From a candidate division WOR-3 bacterium (GTDB lineage Bacteria; Hydrothermota; Tepidihabitantia; Tepidihabitantales; Tepidihabitantaceae), in NCBI GenBank assembly GCA_026418295.1, contig JAOABP010000002.1:162367-226366 (forward strand): a DNA stretch of 64,000 nt, in the 5' to 3' direction. Below, piece by piece: positions 9,357-18,663 of this stretch. Below the pieces are notes generated by a model. It searched no databases, had not been told where the DNA came from, and saw only the letters and a program-made list of their open reading frames with translations. Numbering within the stretch: the first letter of the stretch is position 1; each line of letters begins with the position of its first letter. The translations under genes and the position numbers were made by a program.

Positions 9357-10015
9357 GGTTAATGTTCTTTGGCTTTATTACTGGTTATTTATTAGGCTCC
9401 ATTCCTTTCGCTTGGATTGCAGTTTGGTTGTTTAAACGCATAGATATGCGCAATTATGGCAGCAGGACCGTATCGGCGACAATGGTGGGGGTACTGATTT
9501 CCAAACCTATTGCGGCCATAATTGGCTGTCTGGATATTCTTAAAGGATTGATACCAGTTTACTTCGGAAAAACTTTCTTTGAAAGTAGTGGTTTAAGTAG
9601 TAGTTTTTTCGCCTATGCTGCGGGAATTGGTGCTCTTCTTGGACACAACTGGCCCATATGGCTACGCTTTCAGGGAGGAAGAGGAGTAAGTGTTGTTCTT
9701 AGCGTTTTGACCGTTCTGTTTCCTTTTGGTGCAATTTATCTGTTGGTAATGCTCGGGTTAGGCAAGCTTTTCCGAGCAGGGGCGATTATGGTTATAATTG
9801 CACTAAGTACAATGCCGGTACTTTCTGTTTTATTGCATAAACCTTTACCCGATATCATTTTTTTGTTATTGGTTTTTCTAATCTGTTTAATCAAGAGAAT
9901 AGAAGCAAATCGGGAATCATTACCTGATGTCAACAAAAGGGCTGTTATATTACGCCGGATATTTTGGGATCGTGACGTTCGTGATTATCACCATTGGCTC
10001 CATCGTCAACTTTAA
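9353..10015 (+). CDS. plsY: Glycerol-3-phosphate acyltransferase PlsY (acyl-phosphate dependent)
   Basis: GYLLGSIPFAWIAVW..., GSRTVSATMVG, GHNWPIWLRFQGGRGVSV. Multi-pass membrane protein of about 200 aa. These are the canonical PlsY motifs. Confidence 0.85.
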   Translation: MRLMFFGFITGYLLGSIPFAWIAVWLFKRIDMRNYGSRTVSATMVGVLISKPIAAIIGCLDILKGLIPVYFGKTFFESSGLSSSFFAYAAGIGALLGHNWPIWLRFQGGRGVSVVLSVLTVLFPFGAIYLLVMLGLGKLFRAGAIMVIIALSTMPVLSVLLHKPLPDIIFLLLVFLICLIKRIEANRESLPDVNKRAVILRRIFWDRDVRDYHHWLHRQL

Positions 10016-10227
10016 GTAAGATGATTTAACAAACACTAAAGTTATGTTTTGTGATACGTAGTAACCATTATGAATTGAGACTGGTATTTTTGCAGTTTAT
10101 TTAAAAGATTAATGAAGGTCTATTCAGGCATGGAGGAGAATTAAAATTGTTTAAGTTATAATTCAGTCCAGCGGCGTCGAAAAATTACCAATAAAAAGCA
10201 CGGTTTGAGCTGTATGAGAGAGCAAGG

Positions 10228-11262
10228 TTATTGCCGGTGGCAATTTTGAAATCTGCTGGCAAGCTGTCCACAGCCGGCAAGTACCTGACTACCGCGAGAT
10301 TTTCTGATAGTAACAGCGGGGAGATGAGGGTAGAGGAGTTGAGCAAACTTCGAAACTTTGTCTGGATGTGGGGTAGAGAAGTCTGCGCCGGGAAAGGAAT
10401 TGAAGGGAATAAGATTGATTTTGCAGGGAATATTTCTTAGCATTCTAATCAGTCGTTCGGCATCGGCAGTCAGGTTATTAACACCATCGAGGAGAACATA
10501 TTCAAATGTTAGTCTTCGACCAGTAGCTATTATATATTCCCGTGCCGCTGCTAGGAGGTGGTTCAGTGGATACTTGATATTGATCGGCATCAGTTTTGAG
10601 CGGAGAGAATCAGTAGTTGCATTCAGGGAGATTGCTAGTCGAACCTGAATTGGAAGTGCAGCAAGCTTCTTTATACCTTCCGGTATACCAGCGGTAGATA
10701 CTGTGATGCGCCTAGCACCGATTCTTAGACCATAATCAGAATTAATGGCGACTATTGCCTTAAAAACCTCTTCTATGTTCATAAACGGTTCTCCCATACC
10801 CATGAAAACAATATTTGTTGGTGAAATCCCAGTGTAGTTAATAATTGCCTGAATCTGTTCCACAATTTCGTGCCAGCGGAGGTTGCGTATAAACCCCATT
10901 CGAGCGGTAGCACAGAAACGGCATCCGAGCGCACAACCAACTTGCGTAGAGACACAAATTGTGCGCCGGTTCTGTTCAATAATTAGTACTGATTCGATTA
11001 GATTTTGATCCTCGAGTTCGAGTGTGAATTTGATAGTGCCATCGTTGCCGGTTTGAATCTGGGCCAGTTTGAGCCGGCTGATATAAAATCGTTCTGCCAA
11101 TTGGGCACGAATTGTTTTGCTAAGGTTGGTCATCTGGTCGAAACTTTCAACATTTTTCTGCCAGAGCCATTGATAAATTTGAATTGCACGATATTTTTCC
11201 CATTTCATCTGATATACAAGATTAAGCAGTTGTTCTAAGTCGAGTGTTTTGATATCAGTCAT
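10228..11262 (-). CDS. rlmN: 23S rRNA (adenine2503-C2)-methyltransferase RlmN (radical SAM)
   Basis: CVSTQVGCALGCRFCATARMG is the radical-SAM CxxxCxxC box. MGMGEPFMN is also present. Length and the remaining motifs match the RlmN/Cfr family. Confidence 0.85.
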   Translation of the reverse strand: MTDIKTLDLEQLLNLVYQMKWEKYRAIQIYQWLWQKNVESFDQMTNLSKTIRAQLAERFYISRLKLAQIQTGNDGTIKFTLELEDQNLIESVLIIEQNRRTICVSTQVGCALGCRFCATARMGFIRNLRWHEIVEQIQAIINYTGISPTNIVFMGMGEPFMNIEEVFKAIVAINSDYGLRIGARRITVSTAGIPEGIKKLAALPIQVRLAISLNATTDSLRSKLMPINIKYPLNHLLAAAREYIIATGRRLTFEYVLLDGVNNLTADAERLIRMLRNIPCKINLIPFNSFPGADFSTPHPDKVSKFAQLLYPHLPAVTIRKSRGSQVLAGCGQLASRFQNCHRQ

Positions 11263-11273
11263 CCGTTTATAGT

Positions 11274-12449
11274 TTATTCGGAATTCATTGCGACATTGAG
11301 TGCAAAACCAATCATTGTCATGGTTGCTGCCAGCGATGAACCGCCGTAGCTGATTAGTGGTAGCGTTATGCCAGTTACAGGCAGAATGCCAAGTAGCATC
11401 CCGATATTGACAAATACATGATAGCCGATGATGGCGGCAAAGCCGACAGTTATCAGTGCGCCATTTTGATCGCGAGTTCTGTATGCGATCAGCAGGAGTC
11501 GGTAAATAAGCAGGCCGAATATTATTAGCAGGACCACGCTACCAATTAAACCAAATTCTTCAGCAATGCATGAAAATATGAAGTCTGTATGGCGGTTGGG
11601 AAGGAAACCGAGTCTCTTTTGGCTACCATTGAGGTAGCCTTTGCCGAAAAGTCTGCCTGATCCAATGGCAATCTGAGACTGAATTATGTTCCAACCTATT
11701 CCGTGAGGATCTAGCCACGGTGCGAAAAAACTTTTGATTCTGGCACGCTGGTAATCTTTTAGCAGAGAAAGAAATACCGGTGAAAGTAACCCGAAGAAGG
11801 ATCCAGTGGCAATAGCTGCAAGCGCGCGAAAGAACCGGAGGCGCAGAAAGACAATTATAGAAAGGATAGAAAAAAATGGAATCCAGAAATAAAGCGAGAA
11901 CCCAGCGATAAAGGATAACACTGGCATAAAAAGTAACAGGATATAAAGCGGCCGTAGTCCCTGCCAGTAGAGCATAGCTGCGTACATTGGTAGAAATGAA
12001 ATCGATGTGCTTAAGTCCGGTTCCAAGAGGATCAGTGTTACTACCGGGAGAACAATCGCGGTCGGTCCAGCAAGGGTTCTAAAATCAAAATCCATCTTCC
12101 GGCGATAACTGAGATACTTAGCGAGAATAATTACAGTTGAGATCTTTGCTAGTTCAGATGGCTGAAAATTAAACGTCCCTATAGCAAACCATCGATGGGC
12201 ACCTGGGCCACTTCCGAAAATCAATACTAGTACCAGTAGGAGTAATGTTAAACCGTAGAAAATTTCGGCCATGCCGTAAATCAGCCTTCGAGGCGTGAAG
12301 CAAGCAATTAAAAGACCGGTAATACCGACAGGTAGAAATATCAGCTGGCGAAACAGATACTGGCTGCTGGCAGAAGAGTAGATAGCAAGTAATCCGATGA
12401 TAACTAAGAGACAAGTAGTTCCGAGGAGTGTAATATCTACCTTTTTCAC
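11274..12449 (-). CDS. rodA: Rod-shape-determining protein RodA (SEDS-family peptidoglycan polymerase)
   Basis: Polytopic membrane protein with SEDS motifs (PSELAKI, GSGRLFGKGYLNGSQ, HTDFIFSCIAEEFG). It lies directly downstream of mrdA with a 4-nt overlap. Confidence 0.8.
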   Translation of the reverse strand: MKKVDITLLGTTCLLVIIGLLAIYSSASSQYLFRQLIFLPVGITGLLIACFTPRRLIYGMAEIFYGLTLLLLVLVLIFGSGPGAHRWFAIGTFNFQPSELAKISTVIILAKYLSYRRKMDFDFRTLAGPTAIVLPVVTLILLEPDLSTSISFLPMYAAMLYWQGLRPLYILLLFMPVLSFIAGFSLYFWIPFFSILSIIVFLRLRFFRALAAIATGSFFGLLSPVFLSLLKDYQRARIKSFFAPWLDPHGIGWNIIQSQIAIGSGRLFGKGYLNGSQKRLGFLPNRHTDFIFSCIAEEFGLIGSVVLLIIFGLLIYRLLLIAYRTRDQNGALITVGFAAIIGYHVFVNIGMLLGILPVTGITLPLISYGGSSLAATMTMIGFALNVAMNSE

Positions 12450-14176
12450 GGTAGGGTTCGTTTTGTGAAATAATAACGAACGAGTTCGCCTACGATCGGG
12501 GCAGCAACGGTACCCCCATGTCCGGCGTTTTCTATGATGACTGCAATAGCAATTTCGGGATTGTCAGCTGGAGCATAACCGACAAACCACGCATGGTCAG
12601 GATTAGGCGGATTTTGAGCAGTGCCAGTTTTGCCGGCGATAGTAATTTCTTGTAGCTGCGCTGCCTGACCCGTGCCATATTCAACTACACGGGTAAGTGC
12701 ATTCTTTATCCAGTCAAGATTAGTTTGATTTATTTTAACTTCGAATCGCTGGGGTTTGTTAATTAGGATTATCTGGCCCGCTGATTCAATTTTTGCTACC
12801 AAATAAGGTCGAAAGTAGAATCCACCATTGGCAAAACACGAGTATAATTGAGTTAGCTGTAATGCGGTCACAAGGACTTCCCCTTGTCCAATACAGTAAT
12901 TAAGCATAAACCCTTGTGTCCACTGATTTTTTCCGTAACGCCGATTCAGAAAATCACGGTCTGGAATATTTCCTGCGTTTTCTCCAGGAATGTCAATGCC
13001 CGTATTTTTACCGAGACCAAACTGGTGACAAAATTCCGCCAGTGTATCAACTCTAATTTTTGTTCCCAGCTGATAGAAAAAAACATTACACGACTGTTCT
13101 ATTGCACCAATTATATTCAGTCTGCCGTGAGCAGACCAGCATTTGAATTTACGATTGCCATATTGGAAGGTGCCATTACAGGGGAGAAGTTGAGCATGCG
13201 GAGTAATCAGTTGTTTCTCTAACGCCAGCAGAGCAACAAGGGGTTTAAATGTACTGCCGGGTGGATAAGCCGAGGAAATGGCGCGGTTGTAGAATGGTTT
13301 TGATTTATTGGATATCAAGGTATTCCATTGTGAAGGATTAAGTGGGGCAAGAAATATGTTGGGATCAAAATCGGGGTAGGAAACAAGACAAAGAATTTCT
13401 CCAGTATTGATCGCGATTGCAACTACAGCTGCTCGTTCGTACTTGCTTATCAAGTCATATGCAGCCTGTTGGAGATTATGGTCGATTGTTAAGTAGATGT
13501 CTTTTCCAGGAATGTAGGGTTCGGGTCTTTTTTCCGGAAGCGGTCCAATTTCCCGCCCCCGGGCGTCCACTTCGACATACTTGTAGCCATCGCGTCCACG
13601 CAAGAATCTTTCATAACGAGCTTCGATTCCGGTCTTACCTATATAATCGAGAAGACGATAGGAGGAATCCCGTGAGAGTTCTTCTTCAGTTATCTCGCCG
13701 ACATAACCGATGACATGTGAATACAAATTACGAAATGGGTAATTACGGATGTGGTCTACTCTAACGAGAACCCCCGGGAGACGAAAATTGTTTTCTTCAA
13801 TTTTGGCAATTACATCGAATGATGCATTCCGCAAGATATCGATCGGAGCCGGAACTTCTGAGACCGGTTGAAGGCGACGTAGCAGTTCGTTTTGTGGCCT
13901 GTTAAGTAATATGCTCAGTAATGCTAAGGCGCTGTCATTGGTTTCTGTGGGGATGATTGCTACGGTCCAAGTAGGACGGGTATCGGCAAGCAATATGCCA
14001 TTACGATCGAAAATTCGCCCCCGGGGTGCAGGTAATACAATTTTCCTTATCCGGTTACGGTCACTTAGACGGGCATAGCGTTTTCCCTGAATAATTTGAA
14101 GCTGGATGAGTCTTGCTCCGAGAATCAGCAGGAGAGTAATTAAAATAAAGCACAGCCTTTTCAGACGATCTTTCAT
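12446..14176 (-). CDS. mrdA: Penicillin-binding protein 2 (peptidoglycan D,D-transpeptidase MrdA)
   Basis: N-terminal membrane anchor. The three transpeptidase motifs are present: STFK (PGSTFKP), SCN (EQSCNVFF) and KTGT (AGKTGTAQ). It sits in the mreBCD-mrdA-rodA operon context. Confidence 0.85.
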   Translation of the reverse strand: MKDRLKRLCFILITLLLILGARLIQLQIIQGKRYARLSDRNRIRKIVLPAPRGRIFDRNGILLADTRPTWTVAIIPTETNDSALALLSILLNRPQNELLRRLQPVSEVPAPIDILRNASFDVIAKIEENNFRLPGVLVRVDHIRNYPFRNLYSHVIGYVGEITEEELSRDSSYRLLDYIGKTGIEARYERFLRGRDGYKYVEVDARGREIGPLPEKRPEPYIPGKDIYLTIDHNLQQAAYDLISKYERAAVVAIAINTGEILCLVSYPDFDPNIFLAPLNPSQWNTLISNKSKPFYNRAISSAYPPGSTFKPLVALLALEKQLITPHAQLLPCNGTFQYGNRKFKCWSAHGRLNIIGAIEQSCNVFFYQLGTKIRVDTLAEFCHQFGLGKNTGIDIPGENAGNIPDRDFLNRRYGKNQWTQGFMLNYCIGQGEVLVTALQLTQLYSCFANGGFYFRPYLVAKIESAGQIILINKPQRFEVKINQTNLDWIKNALTRVVEYGTGQAAQLQEITIAGKTGTAQNPPNPDHAWFVGYAPADNPEIAIAVIIENAGHGGTVAAPIVGELVRYYFTKRTLP

Positions 14177-14607
14177 TTATTTTGGAAAAAGAGTTTATAC
14201 ATGGTTCTTTCTACGGGTAAACTGAAGGATAATGTCAAGAGAGCGGTAATAAGAAGTGAGGAAAGTGATAATGGCATTCCGTTAATAAGAAGAAAAGAGT
14301 TTTTAATTAAAATTCCCACAAGAGCAAAGACAATTGGTTGCCAAAAACTTCGATAAAAGAAGCTTCGCATTATATTTACGAAATAACCGATGATACTAAG
14401 GCTGAACATGTTAACCCCTAGTTTATATGGTACGATGAGATCGAAACAAAACCCGATCAGAAAACCCGCGAGTGTCGATGTAACTTTATCCTCATAAAGA
14501 GCTAGCGTTATGAGTATTAATAGAGATAAATCCGGTCCACCCAATAATATGGCAGTTTGAATGATAAAGGAGCAGTATAATATCATAATCGTGAACAATC
14601 GGCGCAT
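14173..14607 (-). CDS. mreD: Rod-shape-determining protein MreD
   Basis: Small hydrophobic protein of 144 aa, lying between mreC and mrdA with a 4-nt overlap onto mrdA. The call rests on position and membrane topology. Confidence 0.5.
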   Translation of the reverse strand: MRRLFTIMILYCSFIIQTAILLGGPDLSLLILITLALYEDKVTSTLAGFLIGFCFDLIVPYKLGVNMFSLSIIGYFVNIMRSFFYRSFWQPIVFALVGILIKNSFLLINGMPLSLSSLLITALLTLSFSLPVERTMYKLFFQNK

Positions 14608-14612
14608 GATGA

Positions 14613-15434
14613 CTATTCTGGCAAGTTAAGTTCAAAAGGTAAGCTTTCCAATGATGAGTTAGTATCTGGTGAATGCAGATTATGGACAATGATGTAAATG
14701 TTATCGACCTTTGAGAGTGAAACAAACGGTTTGACGAACACTTTTTTAAACACATCTTGTACAGTGGGGATTTCGATTACAATCCCAATTTTCAGACCTT
14801 TTGGAAAGATGCCGCCCAATCCGGAAGAAAGAACAGTGTCTCCAATTTTAAAATCGGCATCGGGATTTACATAATCAAGTTCCAATAGATCCTCATTATT
14901 ATATTTTGGCCTGCAGATGGCTAATTCACCATTACGGCTATTGAGCGCTGCTATTCTAAAATCGGGTTCAAGGATTGTTTGAACGAGTGATTGGTGCGGG
15001 GAAACTGCAATAACACGCCCGACTATCCCCTCAGGTGTGATGGCGGTCGCTCCGATTTGAATTTTATGTACAGTACCCCGGTTGAGCAATAGAAACCTTT
15101 TGAGAGTACTCATGTCGCGGGCAATGATCTGTGAGGAAAGTAAATTAGCGTTGCCTAATGATATGGTTGAAGTGTCATTTCGGGTAGATTTAAGCCGAGC
15201 GTTTTCCACAGCAAGCTCACAGGCAATTTGGGTCATTCGTTGGGTTAGATTTCGGTTTGCGGCAATGAATGATTTGACAAAAGCTATTGCGCGATTAGGA
15301 AGCAGAAGTACTTCAGCCAGTGGATGGGTAAGCTTCAGTTTAGAGGCAGGGGGAATGAAATTGACGAGCAGTGCAAGAATAACAATCCCCACTGAGATAC
15401 GATCATATTTTGAAACAGCTGCTTTATAAGGCAT
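14613..15434 (-). CDS. mreC: Rod-shape-determining protein MreC
   Basis: N-terminal transmembrane segment and coiled-coil region. The C-terminal beta-rich domains contain GIFPKGLKIGIV, which is MreC-like. It lies directly downstream of mreB. Confidence 0.7.
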   Translation of the reverse strand: MPYKAAVSKYDRISVGIVILALLVNFIPPASKLKLTHPLAEVLLLPNRAIAFVKSFIAANRNLTQRMTQIACELAVENARLKSTRNDTSTISLGNANLLSSQIIARDMSTLKRFLLLNRGTVHKIQIGATAITPEGIVGRVIAVSPHQSLVQTILEPDFRIAALNSRNGELAICRPKYNNEDLLELDYVNPDADFKIGDTVLSSGLGGIFPKGLKIGIVIEIPTVQDVFKKVFVKPFVSLSKVDNIYIIVHNLHSPDTNSSLESLPFELNLPE

Positions 15435-15461
15435 CGCCGGTTTGCAAAAGCACAGTGTAAA

Positions 15462-16529
15462 TTATTTCGAGCGCAGGATCAGTTTTTCATGAAGTCCTAT
15501 GTTTTCCAGAATCCTGCCGGCACCCCGTACTACACTTTCAATAGGATTTTCAGCAACGTATACAGGTAGATTGGTTTCTTCTTTGATCAATAAGTCCAGC
15601 CCCCTCAAGAGGGACCCGCCTCCGCACATGTATATGCCACGGTCAACAATATCAGCAGCAAGCTCAGGTGGTGTTTTTTCCAGCGCCAGCCGCACAGCAT
15701 CTATAATAAGAGATACTGGTTCCTCCAGGGATTCGCGGACCTTGGTAGATGTAATTCTAATCGTTTTTGGAATACCCGAAACAAGATCCCGGCCTTTAAC
15801 TTCCATATTTTCCTCTGTGCCTGTTGCGTAGGCAGAGCCAATGGTTATTTTTATACTTTCGGCTGTTTGTTCACCGATAATAAGATTATAATTCTTTTTA
15901 ATGTAGTTTATAATTGCCTCGTCCATTTCGTCGCCGGCAACGCGTATTGATGCAGCGTTTACAACCCCGCTTAATGCTACAACCGCGATTTCTGTAGTGC
16001 CCCCACCAATATCTACAATCATATTGCCGGTTGGCGCGTCTACTGGTAAACCGGCACCAATTGCTGCTGCAATCGGCTCTGAAACCATATAGATTTCTCT
16101 AGCGCCTGAGGCTTCGATAGAATCCCGTACAGCCCGTTTTTCCACTTCGGTTATCCCTGATGGTACACAGACGATTACCCGTGGTCGGACAAAGAGTTTC
16201 TTTCTTTGAACCATACTGATGAAAGACTTCAGCATGATTTCTACCATACTGAAGTCTGCAATTACTCCATCCTTCATCGGTCTAACTGCCCTTACACCTT
16301 CTGGTGTTCGGCCGAGCATGCGTTTGGCTTCAGTCCCAACGGCAACTACCTCATGAGTCACTTCATCAACTGCAACTATAGATGGTTCACGCAGTGCTAT
16401 TCCTTTACCCCGAACATAAATTAAGGTTGATGAAGTTCCCAAGTCGATGGCGATATCATTTACAAATCTTTCTGTAATGTTCTGAATGATCGAATTGAGA
16501 ATCACTTTTATAGAGTAATCCCAAATCAA
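15462..16529 (-). CDS. mreB: Rod-shape-determining actin homologue MreB
   Basis: DIAIDLGTSSTLIYV, MIVDIGGGTTEIAVV and MCGGGSLLRGLDLLIKEETNLPV are the canonical MreB actin-fold motifs. Confidence 0.9.
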   Translation of the reverse strand: MIWDYSIKVILNSIIQNITERFVNDIAIDLGTSSTLIYVRGKGIALREPSIVAVDEVTHEVVAVGTEAKRMLGRTPEGVRAVRPMKDGVIADFSMVEIMLKSFISMVQRKKLFVRPRVIVCVPSGITEVEKRAVRDSIEASGAREIYMVSEPIAAAIGAGLPVDAPTGNMIVDIGGGTTEIAVVALSGVVNAASIRVAGDEMDEAIINYIKKNYNLIIGEQTAESIKITIGSAYATGTEENMEVKGRDLVSGIPKTIRITSTKVRESLEEPVSLIIDAVRLALEKTPPELAADIVDRGIYMCGGGSLLRGLDLLIKEETNLPVYVAENPIESVVRGAGRILENIGLHEKLILRSK

Positions 16530-16704
16530 TTAAAAGTCAAGCTCAGAATGTAGTTTTGTGCTGCATACGGCAGAATATCAGTACAACATGATATTTTTCA
16601 ATGGGTTATGATTGTCACCCGGCAAGCTGTTTTAGAAGTGTCCGCGACTAGGCAAATTAGTGCTGCTTGACCGTTGATCAGTTAATGGTAAATTATATTA
16701 TTCT

Positions 16705-17703
16705 ATGCTTTATCGTGACGCCGGCGTGGACATAAGTAGGATGCAGCAGGTTAAACAGTGTATTGCTCATATGGTTACTTCAACCTTTTCCCCATATGTA
16801 GTTTCTGAGATCGGGCATTTCGGATCGCTCTTTAGGTTGCCTAAAATGAAAAATCCGCTATTAGTTGCCAGCTGTGATGGAGTGGGGACGAAGTTATTAA
16901 TTGCTAAAATGATGCGCAGGTTTGATACAGTAGGTATGGATCTTGTAAATCATTGCGTTAACGATATTCTCACCTTGGGAGCTAAGCCACTTTTCTTTCT
17001 TGATTACATTGCTCACGCTGATTTATCTAATGAGCAAATTGCTCTCATAGTGAAGGGAGTAGTTCGTGGATGTAAATATCATGATTGTGCTTTAGTCGGT
17101 GGAGAAACTGCTATGATGCCTGATGTTTACAAAACTGGTGATTTTGACTTAGTGGGGTTTATTGTCGGTGTCGTTGAACAGAATTCGGTTGTTGATGCTA
17201 AGCGATTAGAACCGGGTGATCTACTTATAGGGCTTCCTTCTTCTGGTCTCCATACAAACGGTTATTCCCTGGTTCGAAAGATTTTTTTTCAACAGCATAA
17301 TTTCACGCTGAATACCCGGCTAAAAGGGTTAAAAAAGCCACTTGGAGAGGAGCTTTTGCGTCCGCATCGTTCATATTATAAAAAAGTTTACCCCTTGTTA
17401 GGAGAAATTAAGGCGATTGCTCATATAACAGGGGGCGGGTTTTATGAAAATATCCAGAGACTTTTACCGCCAGAACGGTCCTGTGTTATTAAAAAATCTG
17501 CTTGGCCAGTACCTCGGCTTTTTCGTTACATACAGATGCTCGGAAGCATTCCGGATACCGAAATGTTCCGGACCTTCAACATGGGCATCGGGATGGTAAT
17601 TTTTGTTGCCCCATCTAAACTTGATAAAATAATACCTACAATCGGGCAAGCCTACGTCATCGGAAAGGTTGTAAGAGGTAATTTCGGCGTGGAGCTTGTT
17701 TGA
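16705..17703 (+). CDS. purM: Phosphoribosylformylglycinamidine cyclo-ligase (AIR synthetase, PurM)
   Basis: YRDAGVDI at the N-terminus, then ASCDGVGTKLLIA and HITGGGFYENI. These are PurM signatures. Confidence 0.85.
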   Translation: MLYRDAGVDISRMQQVKQCIAHMVTSTFSPYVVSEIGHFGSLFRLPKMKNPLLVASCDGVGTKLLIAKMMRRFDTVGMDLVNHCVNDILTLGAKPLFFLDYIAHADLSNEQIALIVKGVVRGCKYHDCALVGGETAMMPDVYKTGDFDLVGFIVGVVEQNSVVDAKRLEPGDLLIGLPSSGLHTNGYSLVRKIFFQQHNFTLNTRLKGLKKPLGEELLRPHRSYYKKVYPLLGEIKAIAHITGGGFYENIQRLLPPERSCVIKKSAWPVPRLFRYIQMLGSIPDTEMFRTFNMGIGMVIFVAPSKLDKIIPTIGQAYVIGKVVRGNFGVELV

Positions 17704-17733
17704 CGATAATGCGAGTACAAGTTGTATCCCATA

Positions 17734-18663
17734 CTAACCGCGAGGATGAAAGGTTTTATATACATCTTGCAGATAGGAAGTATCAATGTGAGTATAAACT
17801 TGCGTAGTTGCGATATTAGCATGACCTAGCATATCTTGGACCGCTCTTAGGTCGGCACCTCCCTCCAAGAGATGAGTTGCAAAAGAATGCCGAAGGGTAT
17901 GGGGTGTAATACGTTTAGAAAATCCAGCAAGTCGAACACAAATCCGCAAAATCTTCCAAATACCCATTCGACTTAGCTTTCCTCCCCGATGGTTAATAAA
18001 GAGATATGGAGATGGCGATTTACCGTTATTAAATTGGTGTCGTAATATCAAATAATCTTTTACAGCTCTTAATGCGTGTTTACCCAAGGGAACGATACGT
18101 TCTTTAGACCTTTTGCCGATAATGCGAACGAATCTTTCGTCAAAATTGATATCACTTAATGTAAGATTTGATAGTTCCGATACCCGTAAGCCTGCTCCAT
18201 ATGCAATTTCCAGTAGCGCTTTTGCGCGCATCGATGCAAAGCGGTTAGGTATTTTCTCAGTTGATTTAATTAAATGATTAATTTCCATCTGTGTCAACAC
18301 AGTCGGTAAACGTCTGGTTTGCCTTGGTGTTTTTAAACTTTCTATTCCGGAAATAGTTGTATTGTATTGTTCTTCAATAAAATTACATAACATTTTAATT
18401 GATATTAGCTTACGCGCAATAGTTGTTTTTGCAAGTTCCAACTCGGTAAGTTTCTTCAGAAACTGCCGTATAAGTTCGGCTTTCATAAGTGTAGGTTGTT
18501 TAGCTATCTGAGGATAAAAACATAGAAATTGTTTGCAGTCGTTAAGATAACTTGTTACCGATAGATGGGTTAGTCCACGTTCAACAAGTAAATAATGTGA
18601 AAATTGTTCCAGTAGCCGGGAGTGCTCAATTAAATAGCCCAGTTTAGAATTTTTCGAGAACAT
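17734..18663 (-). CDS. xerD: Tyrosine site-specific recombinase XerD/XerC
   Basis: C-terminal catalytic box HTLRHSFATHLLEGGADLRAVQDMLGHANIATTQVYTH, containing the R-H-R-Y tyrosine. The N-terminal SAM-like domain is present. About 300 aa. Confidence 0.8.
   Translation of the reverse strand: MFSKNSKLGYLIEHSRLLEQFSHYLLVERGLTHLSVTSYLNDCKQFLCFYPQIAKQPTLMKAELIRQFLKKLTELELAKTTIARKLISIKMLCNFIEEQYNTTISGIESLKTPRQTRRLPTVLTQMEINHLIKSTEKIPNRFASMRAKALLEIAYGAGLRVSELSNLTLSDINFDERFVRIIGKRSKERIVPLGKHALRAVKDYLILRHQFNNGKSPSPYLFINHRGGKLSRMGIWKILRICVRLAGFSKRITPHTLRHSFATHLLEGGADLRAVQDMLGHANIATTQVYTHIDTSYLQDVYKTFHPRG

Noticed and set aside
12884-13713. Plus-strand ORFs of 112 and 98 aa inside mrdA. Similar antisense ORFs occur inside ftsX (30232..30615), polX (48295..49113), mutS and others.
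   Set aside because: They are antisense to strongly supported conserved genes. They have no RBS and their composition is driven by the sense-strand codons, so they are spurious.
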